NCBI RefSeq assembly: GCF_000150275.1
Contig: NW_002060945.1
Coordinates: 6,997,607-7,061,606, forward strand
Source: Trichoplax adhaerens
Lineage: Eukaryota > Animalia > Placozoa
Length of the DNA: 64,000 nt
Direction: 5' to 3'
In this document: piece after piece, positions 14,984 to 27,394 of the stretch
Numbering within the stretch: the first letter of the stretch is position 1
Layout of the letters: every line of letters starts with the position of its first letter
The notes under the pieces: model-generated
Told to the model about the DNA's origin: nothing
Databases searched by the model: none
The model's input: only the letters and a program-made list of their open reading frames with translations
Translations under genes and position numbers: made by a program

Positions 14984-16778
14984 ATGGCAACGAACTTGCT
15001 GTCAAATATTCATCGAGGTTTATCTCAGCCCTATACAGATACACAACTTATTGGTGGAGACTATTTTTACTATCACTATGGTTGCGATGGTGTTCATGAT
15101 CAGGTCATTTTTAATTCAGAAATTTTCCTACTTCATGCTCATGCTTCTTCTGTCGATGTACAAGTAATATAGCACAACTTGACAGCATGCAAACGAAATG
15201 TTTTGATATACAGTACAGTAGGCTGCTATCTTGCAGGCCTATGACAATCGTATTTTAAGAAACCACCTACTGTACTAGATAGAACATGACTCCAGTTTTC
15301 ATGGATAGAATTACCTTTCTATTATACTTTAGGCAACTTGTGATTAATTAATACAGAAAAAGTTCGAATAAATACAGAGATAAAGTGATTTAACTGATGG
15401 TAACAACTCCCAAGATTGGATTTACATTACTTACATGTACTGTACTGTAATTCGGATGCACGAAAAGATACCTGGTGATAGGATAGTGTGAAATACTGTA
15501 TAGACATAGAGATTTATGGACGCAACTCTACGATATTTTTACACTTGTATATTCTATTGGTTTAATATCAGTAGACAGGTATCATAATAATTAATGTAAA
15601 GAAAATTTCCAACTTACCATTAATTAATCATTATACACGTACTAGTAACTAAATTGTCCTATCATGCTTAAGATCCCGGTAAGAAATGCTATACACCTAT
15701 CTTTTGTATCTTATTCAAAGGGTTGGGGCTGTGGATACCGAAGCTTGCAGACAATTGCATCTTATATTGTCCATAATAAGAAGTCATTAGTATCATCCAT
15801 AATACCAACCATTCGTCATATCCAACAAACGTTAGTCGATATGAATGATAAACCGAGTACATTTGTTGATAGCAAAGAGTGGATTGGGTCGTTTGAGATT
15901 TGCTTGTGTCTCGAAGAATTATACGGTGTAGGTATTATGTATCTACGAAATTCTTACTACGTATAGCTTGGCTATTACCTTCCTACTATGTATAATAACA
16001 TTTTAACCCTTAGTATCGGTCATATACTTTATCTACTAATTTCATTTTCTAACTCTGATAAATGTAAATATGCTATACAGTGATTGATGTCTTTCAGTCA
16101 CGATTTACTAATAATTCGTATATGTTATAAATTTGTAAATGATGGTTGTTTGTAGATTGAGCCACTACAATTGAATTTACTATAGTGTCGGTATGCAGTT
16201 CGTTATTAGGTGATGAATTAAATGAGAACATCAGGTAATAAATATTGTTGCTACAATAATTTGATCGTACAGATTTATAGCAAAATCATACATGTAAACG
16301 ACGGGAATGATCTAGAAAAAAATGTAGCAATGATTCACGACCATTTTGTTCAAGTGGGTACGCCAATTATGATGGGTAAGTTAGGATCTTTAAACTAGCT
16401 ACGACCGCAAATTTGAAGAATTGTGTTTTCGATTTATTAATACATCCAACTACTGTACTTTAGGTGGAAATATTGACAGTGCCGCAAAGACAATAATCGG
16501 AATTTCTGCTGATAGCAAAGATGTCAAAAATTCTAAGCTTTTAGTCGTTGTAAGATGTATTTTTTGACGCTATCAGAATATTATGCTAATAATTATGGTT
16601 ACTTTTTATTTTAATCTTGTGATCATGTCCTTCATAGGATCCTCATTTTAATGGCAAAGCTGAAATAGAAATACTACAACGAGAGGGCTGGGTATCCTGG
16701 CGTTCTATCGATTCTTTTGTTTTTGAATCGTTTTATAATTTCTGCTTGCCACAATGTAAACTAGTAGCTAACAAGTGA
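14984..16778 (+). CDS. UFSP1: Ufm1-specific protease 1 (peptidase C78), 5 exons, ~218 aa
   Basis: Exons 14984-15103, 15721-15927, 16273-16375, 16464-16549, 16638-16778, all GT-AG and in frame. Motifs YYHYGCDG, DQGWGCGYRSLQT (catalytic Cys), WIGSFE, PIMMGGNIDSAAKTIIG (UFSP1-like rather than UFSP2 GGGVLAH), DPH, FYNFCLPQ. No UFSP2 N-terminal domain. Confidence 0.9.
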
Positions 16779-18375
16779 TACGTTACAACCCTAAAGTAAC
16801 TGCTAGCTAATGTAAAATAAAATAATTAGCAATAAGAAAAAGATAATTCTAACAGTTAACTTCATCGTTTAGAGACTCTAATTTAACTATTACAGTCTAA
16901 AATTTCGAATAGTTAACATCTTACTTTCAATATTCATTGCGAATCTATTTGTTTGCTATAAAATTGAATTTCTATTGTGTATACTTTAAAGTATAATGTA
17001 TAGTATAGAATTAAGAATGAATGACTACTAGACTCTAATTACATGGTTTCTGAAATAATTTCAAGGATGTAATCTCAGATTTTTATCTCTACATTATTCT
17101 TCAAATATCTATCTACATGGTTGGAAACTTTACTGGCTTACACATTTGCTGAAATAAACATTAGTAATTTATTTTATTTATTTAAAAAGATACGTTTATT
17201 CTAAAAACTGAAACGTTTATTGGTTTCTATTGAAAGAGCGGAATATCAAAATTTTAAAAGACAACCACGACTAATGATCCCTAGGGCTAGAGGCAACTAT
17301 GTAAACCCAAATCTTGTACTCACCATGTATATCAATATACTCGTATAATGCTATTGTCATTTTAATCTAAAACGAACAATTATTATTACTGTTTACTATG
17401 TAAAAATATCGCCTTAGTAATGTTGTATAAGGATTAAAAGTTGGATCTTACGTAAAGTCAGCCAAAATTCTTTATATCAAAAGCAAACAGTGGTTTACTT
17501 AAAAGTCGATCGCTCTTACGGTTATAACTGAGATAGTATTCCGTAACCACACATATCCATGTTACGGCCATTCCTAAGAATGATTTTGTCCTTAAGATTA
17601 AAGTGATTTGAAAAGAGCGTAATAGCACCTGATCTAAACACAATAGAAAGCAATCTCTATTTTCAGACCTTTTTATACTAGTTTTTATCGTACTGATAAA
17701 TCTGTAATCTGACTACTGTTATTAAAGATAAATTCCTGGGTAATATACAGAAGTACTAGTAATAGCTGTAAAACAAGATTATAATGATTTTGTATATTGC
17801 TAAATATGTAATCAAGCTTCAATTATTAATTAATCCGAATTAAATATCAAGTAAAATATTATTATTAATTTCCAAAATAAAATCTGAAATTGTTTAAAAA
17901 TAGCTTTATTATTAAATTACCAGGATCATATAAACAAGTGCTGAAATTAGATTAAATAAAATTTGATATAATCAGTACAACGGTGCATAAACGTAACGTT
18001 CGTAAGATTACATAGATTGTCTAAATACTTGAAGAATTTGAAAATATTGAAATCATATTTTTACAAAATTAATGAAGTCAACCCGTATTGCACAAGAGAA
18101 GGTGCCACCAAACTGAAGTTAGTATGTTATACGTTCTTCAGTATTCACAGAAATTTTTAAATCTCATTCAAGGCTAGCACACCATTTTAAGGCTTTCATC
18201 CTAGTTACTTTTCCGTCTTTTCGTATAGTAGTGCTACATTGTCGATTTATAACAACCGCTATCAAGATAAATATTTACTTAATACACAGTTTGTAACTAT
18301 AGATAATATGCGATTAATAAACGTAGAAGACCTAGCTCTAGCGTTAATCGAAATCGTAAAATAGTATTCGTGGTA

Positions 18376-21300
18376 CTAATCATCAGCAACTGGCATTGTC
18401 ACCGTCAAAACCTAAATAAATACCAGTAATCAATAAAAAGGCAAAAAACATTAATTTATCGCCTTATAGTTGAATTAAAGCTTAAATTACCTTCGTTTTC
18501 CGATGAAATTGAGCGCCTGTCTCTGCAGAGTTAACTTTGAATGGTAAGTTTGTATTCAAGAAGTAAACATTTGGATGAGCCAGGAGTATTAATTTATCAC
18601 CACCAACGTCTAAATCGACTGTCTTAGCACTTTTCTAGGGAGTAACATTGATCAAAAAAGAACAGGTTTATAACATTAAAGGCATACGCAAAGTTCTAGA
18701 ATGACAGCACTATTAAAGAGAAAATGTACCGTATGTGCCTCTAACCAACACAAGTTGCATTAAAGGTATTGTACGCTGATTGAAGTATCAAAACTAACAA
18801 CATTATCAAAGAACGTTAACGTTTCAATAAAACTACGTACAACTTTAGGTAAATCGATCTGCGCGACTAAAAAGTCAGGCCTTCCTTCAGGCGGTTCCCT
18901 AATTATTTGCAGGCTTGGTTCTTCACCTCTGTATAGTATTAGATTATGAATACTTTAACAGCTTCTAATATCGATGCATTAGCACGTAAATTAATTTTAA
19001 TTTGAATTACACAAGAGTCTATTCACAACTACCGCTTTTCCTCAATTTCGGTCACAAGTGTCTTTCCTTGCATATCATTAGTTGTATCGCTGCTAATATC
19101 TCTTCTGGAGTGAAAATAAAAACGCAATTTTCATAAACATCTTTTAATTTAATTTAACCGACTCTTGATCTTAGAATTAGAGATTTATGTAATAAGTGCG
19201 TATCTTATAGTGCATGATTCAGCAAAAAGTGCAATAAACTACTTACGTTTCCATTTCCATAATTAAGGGTTTACTTTTCGTACGAATAGTCTGTTCGGCC
19301 ATTTTGCCAAAGAATTTTCGATTTTTTAATACTATCGTATCTGTATATTACAAAAATGTTAGTACAATAGTTACAAGCAGTATCAAAGAATAGAAATGGA
19401 ATTTGCGAACCTCTTGAAAAGGTCACATCATGGTAAGTGTAAAAGAAATAGAGTGAAAACTACAAACCTCTTGAAAATGTCATATCATACTTATTCTCAA
19501 GTCCATCAAACACAAGAGTTAAGAAAAACAAATCAAAAGCTTGGCTCCTCTATGAATAAATTTCATTTTTTAAATTTAGAAAATTCGCTTCCAATTATTA
19601 CTTATAATTAAAATATAAATATCTAGTGATTCATACCTGTGTCTTGTCATAAAATTGTTTGTTAATAACCACATCAAATACTGTGCAACCTTTACCGCCT
19701 ATATATTTACCGAATAATTATACGTAAACAAGGCAATACTAAAATATTAAGAGAACTATTGACAAACCACGTATGAATCTTTTAGTAAAAAAGAACTTTA
19801 GCTTGTATAAATTAACCTTTATCCAATTCCGCATGGGGCACCCCTAAACTCATAGGGACCCTAAATTTGGTAGGATCTTCCGATTGTACAATTTTTTCCA
19901 GCTCATCTTCGCTAATATCACGCGGCGCCGGAATCTAACAAGTCAAGTAATAATTCTGCAGCTGTCAGCACCAAGTTTATTTGATTAGCAAATATAGCTA
20001 CTCCAAGATTTCAGAGTTGTAATGAATGTTATTGTGTGACGTGACAATATATAATGTAATCTATATATTTGATTCGTTATCAAACCGTTGTCATACCTGA
20101 TCAGACGTACAAATATTAATGAATACTTTCTCATCCGTGGAGGTTCGTGTTTTAATACAATGGCCTAAATTAAAGAAAATTTAAATCAGTTACTTAGCCC
20201 AAATATAAACAAGCCTATAGAATTATCACTAGGATAATAGAGTCAGGTTGACAACAGTAATAAATTAATAGCAAAAATGAACTCGATAAAAATGATGTAA
20301 CCTGGCTTAGGCAAAAGGGATTTCCTTTCAGGATCATGAGGTTCAGGTTGTTTATCCTAAAAGTAAATTAATTAAGTAGAAGTTTATATCAGCATACAGA
20401 TCTATATCCTGCGAATGAATGAAATTCTTCGTATCTGAAAAGAGAATAGAGTACAGAAGAACGTTGGGTTACAATTATATTGTGATTGACAGAAAATACG
20501 AGTCGTAATAATAAACCAAGTAATAACTTTAATAATATTATCGACCGAGCTATATTTTTAAAAATAGTTCAATAAAGAAGAATTTTTAGAATTTTTAAAG
20601 AGTAACTAATTTCCAATATAATCAGTCATTGGAGTGGCTTAAATCATTACAGAACTAAGAAGACTGGCGTCAATTTATATACGATTATGATATTATATAA
20701 AATCTATACAACAGAAATTGACTTTTAGTGCTTTCAATTGGTCCTACTATTACATCCTTTTATTATGAGGATGCCATTGTTGCCTATTACAGTAATCTAG
20801 TATGCAAAATGGGAGAAAATAGTATTTATGATTTCGACTATACGGCTTATCAATAAAGTAATTACTGTACAGTGCTATAGATAAATATATACACGTTTAG
20901 AATGCCAACATACAGGGTAAAATAAATACGGTCGTATGCCATAGAACATCTTTTGGCATTTTCTAGAAATGATTTTGATTAAAGAATTGCAGCGAATAAG
21001 GTATTAATGACGAGTGATACTCTAATCCAAAGATTAATAGGATGAGATTTGGAGCACCTCTTCTGTAGTTGCATGCGGTCTTGCAGATCGAATTTCGTAT
21101 CTTGGTACAAGAATGTCGAAGAGTAAACTTACCCATTACGCAGGGGTATCTGGTCTATGGATAATGCTATACTAAGTAATGATATTGCTGATACTCAAAA
21201 TGTGACAGACTTAAGATGGAGGTCTAAAGTAATCATTCATTCAGTGATTGAATACAGGTCTGTAAAGTGTTGTCGATGGAATCAATCAGACTTGGACACG

Positions 21301-21707
21301 GCAGTGTTGAACAGTTTACAGATATATACAGTACTGTTAGATTAAAGGTACCTTACCCATAGATAATAGTAATTTATTACTTTACAGATACTCCAATTAA
21401 CAGATTTAAGGGTAGCATGCAGAGTAATCATTCAGTCATTATTAAATATAGTACAGGTAGAATCCTAAAAGTTAGTTTAATAAACCTGGATACAACGTAA
21501 AGTTAATGTGGAAGAATACTCGTATAATTTCCTTTTCGATACTTGATGCTATCCATAATAAGTAATACTTTAATCAAAGCATTTAGGTTACTATTACTAA
21601 CACTAATGATATTAATATGATATTCAATAGCTGAGCACGTTAAGAAAACATACATTCGAGCTTAACAACTGCCTAAGAAATTCTTCTTCGGTTACTGAAG
21701 GATCCAT
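18376..21707 (-). CDS. PIH1D1: PIH1 domain-containing protein 1 (R2TP co-chaperone subunit), multi-exon
   Basis: Exon 1 21707-21654 (MDPSVTEEEFLRQLLSSN), exon 2 20356-20302. Later exons encode PGHCIKT..KVFINICTS, IPAPRDISEDEL..FRVPMSLGVPHAELDKGGKGCTVFDVVIN, GLENKY, KNRKFFG, and the C-terminal CS-like AQFHRKTKVLTVTMPV. Stop at 18376-18378. Confidence 0.9.
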
Positions 21708-21779
21708 CTTGAGCTGATGGCAGAGTTTTCCCACATACTCTCAGTCTGATGCCAGCAGGAATTGACAGCTCGAGATGGT

Positions 21780-22030
21780 TGCCGTAGTAATCTCTACAGT
21801 ACCGTATTACTATTTACTGTGCCGTTCTGTACTGTAGAGTTAATACTAACACCTGTATTGGAAGTTCGTACTACAGCACGTACAGTGCACAGTACTGTAG
21901 TACAAAATACTGTACCGTACTGTACCGTACAGTGTACAGTGCACAGTATGTACTGTACGGTACTGCTGTTTAGTACTGTAGCTCATGATACTGTAATACC
22001 AAGTTCCGGTAAAGTAATGTACAGTATAGA
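21780..22030. promoter_or_regulatory. ACAGT/ACTGT palindromic low-complexity tract upstream of PIH1D1 (putative bidirectional promoter with PRR5)
   Basis: Dense TACAGTAC/GTACTGTA/CCGTAC repeats begin ~75 bp upstream of the PIH1D1 ATG. The same tract type recurs at other gene 5' ends. Promoter role is inferred. Confidence 0.55.
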
Positions 22031-25000
22031 AAATAGTTTTGGCCAACGAAAATGCAACGGAATGGATTGAACACCTGAAATCCTACTTATCCTAGTCTAA
22101 CAGCTATTAAAATATGGCACATCCTTTTTATTATCCTGTAATATCGTTTTCACAGTAATTTTAGTCCACAGAGGAATCCAGTACTATAAAAGCTTTTTAT
22201 TACAAGGTTCTAAAGAATAGTACAGCAATAATTAATTACTCACAAGAATCTAGTCTAAAGTAATCTGAGCTCAATTAGATATCAAATCTTTTTCCTCCTT
22301 TACGCTCAGATTTGTACACCTTATATACTTTTCTCTGAATCTATTTAAGGCAATAACATCGTCTACAATCAGACATGAATCATCACTACATTTTACAGTA
22401 TTAATCAAACTGCTTACAATATTATTACTTTACCATCAATGTCCAACACCGTAAGGTATTGGGCATCTTTACAATCTTAGTATTTCAAGTCGTATAACGT
22501 CCTGTACCATAATTAGTTAACAGCTATATTAGTGAATAACACTTTCTAATATAGTAGTTACCAGTCACCTAAATCTAGCAGCACAAGAATATCTATTTTT
22601 AGAAACTTAACTATTCTAAATATAGTACACAACACAATCAAATATAGCTATCGCTACAAGCAAATATAGGGTGCATCACTACATATCCATACGTCAATTT
22701 TAACGACGGAATTTTGTAATTGAACTCTTTCTCTATTCATTGATATAAAATTTATTAAAGAAACAAAAACGATTGCGATATACTACGCTAGTTATCGTCA
22801 TAAGCGCTGAAAGACTATCCGCAGCCAACTAGCCAACGAATCTCTGACAGGTCTATGTGCATTAGGCCGTTCATAATAACCCCGATTACTCAGATACTTA
22901 TTTACGCTGAGTATCTGACTAATCGGGGTTATTATGAACGGGCCTAATGTGTATTCATGGTTATAGATAGGCACAAACAATCATCATAATCATCATAGGG
23001 CTTGTAAAATGGTTATGTGAATCTGTGTCACGGAATAGAAGACCTAGACCGCAGTAGCGGCTGAATGTGTTCGCTTTTTAGTCAAATTTATAGTCAGAGC
23101 AAAGATTCAGACGGTATCTTCCGCTTTGAAGTTATTTCCGTTTGAAATATTATCATTTTAACGCTAGAGCTGTACTACGTTGATTTTTGGCTAATACGGT
23201 AGCATCATAACTAGATCTGATATGCGAACTTTTGTGTACGAGTATATGCTTTAAGTAGAACCACAGCGTACAATATGAAATGCTACTGATGTCGACATAT
23301 AAGGAATTCGAAACCACTTCACATCATTGACCTTCTTGTAAACATGAACTATTGTAGATATAGTTAATTCCGACACTAGAATTAAGTTAATATTTACTTT
23401 AAAGTATTGCGCTTTCAATGATCTTTATACCTGATAATAAACCAGACTAGGAACACGGTGATAACTGCTAATGATCGCCGATTTTCATCGACGAATTATT
23501 ACATACATACACTTACAGCATATTGATCTACTTGTTACGTCATATATGTAGAAGCATTATATATGATGCGTTGGTTTAAAGTATTTCATCAAAATACAGC
23601 TTAATGCCATAAAAAATTCCTCAACTTTGGCTATTGGATTTGTGACAGATTTTCTAGTTGCGGTATTCTATAATCGCTAGTTAATTAAATTAATTTATAT
23701 CATAGTTACGGCAACAACAATTGTACATTTCTACGCCAAGGTAAATACACATTAAAAAAAATAGAATTACCGTATGATATTCAGGATAGAGGCCAAGAAT
23801 ACATATGCTGTATCTTGAAAGAATGATTGCAGTCTAGTAACATTATAGCGTTAAATAGCCCACATTCATAATTTCACTATCACAACGTAAATTCATTCGC
23901 AATAGCTTTGCTTACTTTGCTATTTTACAATCAGGGAAGTAGAGATATAATACAGCAAAGAATAAATAAAAGACTTAATAATCACTGCTATTGATTTAAT
24001 CCTAAGAAAATTTTCGACTGTATTGAAATTCCTCTTATAAACCACTCATACTATGCTCTAAATAATATTTTATATTTAAATTTTAACATAATGGGCTGAA
24101 CTGCGTTTACATTTTGACCTATGACTGATTCATACTGTATCTTCATCGAAAGAATCTATCTTAAATATAATTTGCTAATTGCTATTCTGTAGACTTTACA
24201 GTATGAACTTTCGGTTGATTGCTCGTTTTTGATCACAATCCGATAACAGCCATCGAACAAGCTACTTAACAGTCATAGTAAAATATCCTTTCTTTACGGT
24301 TACATCATATTTATTATCGTCACATAAACACAATAAATATACGTATACACGCATATATACACTTGAAGCAATGACTACTTCACACTGTTATTCTGGATAA
24401 ATAGGCTATCCTGGACATGAGAGCTGTCTAGTTAGCCTCGATATGGTAAACTTTTGAAAAGGACTACGGTCGTTCATACGATCTTATTTCGTACTCAAAT
24501 TGCGGTCTCAAGTACAGCGCTGTATAAATTGCACTTGAAAAACGATTTCATACTAAACTGCGTTATTTTGCGTAGTATAATACCGACCATATTTTTTTTT
24601 TCTCCGTTCCACTTCATTTTCACCGCAGTGTTATCAACTCATCGTTTCCATTATGTCAAACTTTCAACGTTAAAGACGACGTGGGCATATTAATCAATTG
24701 AGTCACTCATTGTTATGACAGATTGATCACTTAAGATACGCTAGAATTAAATAGTCGGATGTACCGCAGTACTGATTGGAGTGGCATTTAGTCTCTAGGT
24801 AGGATGTTGCTAGATTTGAATGAATTATTAGCAGAGATGAAGTGATGATAGAATATCTTCTGTTTCAGACCTTATTGTTACTCTACATCTTAGCAGGCTT
24901 GTTACATAAAGAAATTTATCTGGTACGTCAATAACAGTGGTATTCAACATTTTGAGAGATGATGCTCAACAATCTGTTGTTGTCCATGTACAAGATGGAT

Positions 25001-26579
25001 AAAATCTTTTATACCTTGCATACGGTATAATATTGAAAAAATCTGCTGTCTTTATGTATCAGTAACTGGATAACTAAGTTAGTAAATTGATTTTTACGAA
25101 GCTTGATACGTATACTGTACTTATAGTCTTATGCAATACCGCAGTGGTCAGTAATTTCAAACTAATTTGATGTCTTCAACACCTTTCTTCTTGCACGATT
25201 TGCCGGGCCATATTTTTGCAGCTGTAGATGTACAGTAGATCTCCGTAACGGAGCATTGTATTTTACTTACTATAAATATTGACTTGCATCGTCGCCGATA
25301 GCCATACTTATTATATGACTAGACCTGGTAATACGACAGGATCATCACAGCACTGATTAATTTGCAGATTAATCAGTTGCAGATTAATCAGTGCAGGACT
25401 CTAGTGGGCGTCATATTTTGTTCCGAGATTGTAGGAGAAACTTTACTGTTGATAGATAATTTCTGAGAATTCCTATACAAGCCTATTACATCATATTTGA
25501 TCCGGAGAGTGAACGCAAATCTACTACTACACTATACAGCACAGCACATTAGTATGATAATACCCAAAGCATCGTTCTACCGTATGGTATGCGTTTGTCA
25601 AAGATCTTTTAATTTTTAATCGTGATGGATTATATAATTATCATAGCCTATAATTCATTTATGGGCAATGGACAGTGCTTCAAAATGAAAGTTACAGCCC
25701 ATGAAAATGAGTTGGTGGATTTTATATTTTACTACACTAGTATTAGTATTCATATAGGGATTCCAACTGGCGTAATTGGATTTTGATCTTTGTCTCCAAC
25801 TGCCAATAAATTAAAATAACTCATGGAGAATAAACAGTAACGTTTATTCTATCGCCACTGCTAAATATTGTGCAGTGTCAATGAAGGAGAACTTGGTCAA
25901 AGATGCCATGCTCAACGTACGTTGTTGTATGCAAAGACGTTAGATTACAAGTTCGATTCTTTCAGGTTATTGTTTTAGTCATTCATACTAGTATACATCA
26001 TCAATTTTCTAAACCAGCGATCGATCGGGTTAGTGGTCGATTCTCTTTTCAATAGTACTATTACTCAAGCCTGTAGAAGGTAAATTAGAGCTCAGTACGG
26101 AATTGTTTAGAGCTCTCGTTAAGAAAAAATCTTACCACATTAGGGATTTCGTAATTTATGATCGAGCTCACATATAATAGTCCAAGTTAAGCAGAGCTGC
26201 GTTTTTCTCGCTTCTTTATTTGACCAAATTTATCAGTAGCAATAGAACAGACGGAGCACAGAAGGAATGTGTCATTCTGCACCTGGCCATCATGGTGCAT
26301 AATATCTAGCCACAATCAGACCATCTAAATTATAGTAAAATTCGTCATTTATGTACAATTAGTTACAGAATGATCCTATAATCACAATAATCTTAAGCTA
26401 ATTTGAGGCAGCACTACAGTATATTGTGCAAGTATATATTGAATACTCAGATGTCCTATTTGAGCTAATATTATTAATATATCATCATTACGATGCACAT
26501 AGTGTTATTAATGGATTAATTTAAAAAATACAGACACAGGCATTAGCACTATTTTATACTATGATACTAATATACTAAT

Positions 26580-26915
26580 GGCTAATAAGGCTACGGAGGC
26601 ATCGAAAAGTGGTTGAATACCGTACGAAGAAGTCATTAGTCACTATCATTAACTATTTGCGTACTTCACAACGTAGAGTGGTGAGAAAAGTTTTCAAGGA
26701 GTATATTGAGAGTAACGACTACGCACGATACAAGATCATTAATTAGTTAAAAAATACAGTTGACAAGTATTACTGCTACATTACACTAATATACTGTCGG
26801 TTAATAAGGCTAAAAGTGGTTGAATATGGAGTCATTAATTATTTACGCAGTTCTCAGCGTAGAGTAGTGAAAAAGCTCTTGAGGAGGGATATCAAGAGTA
26901 AACCACTACACGCGG
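26580..26915. repeat. diverged direct repeat, 2 copies (~110-150 bp)
   Basis: TAATAAGGCTA..AAAAGTGGTTGAATA..AGTCATTA..CGTAGAGTrGTGA..GAGTAA..ACTAC occurs at ~26583-26727 and ~26803-26913. Confidence 0.7.
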
Positions 26916-27394
26916 CAAGCAAAGCGGCCGATCAAAAGATTTTCCATACAGTAGACTGAGAGATAGACAGTGGATCAAGAAGCATAATTCAATTTTCTAT
27001 TGTAGTGTTATCTATGCTATACTATCATGATACTGATTAGCGCTTGTTTAGTACAATATTCTAATTGTCTCGGAGTAGAATAGATATGGTAACACTATTG
27101 TTATTTGATTGTCATCTTATCCAACATTAAATTAATCTCCTCCTACTGTTATTGTTCTACAATAGGAAGTTTTACATTATTGTGTGGTTTTCGATGAAAA
27201 TGCGAAATAGTGCGGAAGAATAGACGATCATGTAGTGTATTAAAGAATCAACAAGATTCTAAGTAGGTCATTTGCATTAGGACTGTATGTCAAGCTATCA
27301 ACTATGTAAACAAACATCCTGTGCTTAATGTTGATCACAGATCAATACAACATTTGTATTCAATTCTAAGTGGAGACGACGTCAAAGTGACAAG

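Noticed and set aside
18160-18215. SECIS-like ATGA..AA..GA in the PIH1D1 3' UTR
   Set aside because: The stem halves are not complementary, and there is no in-frame TGA in the CDS.
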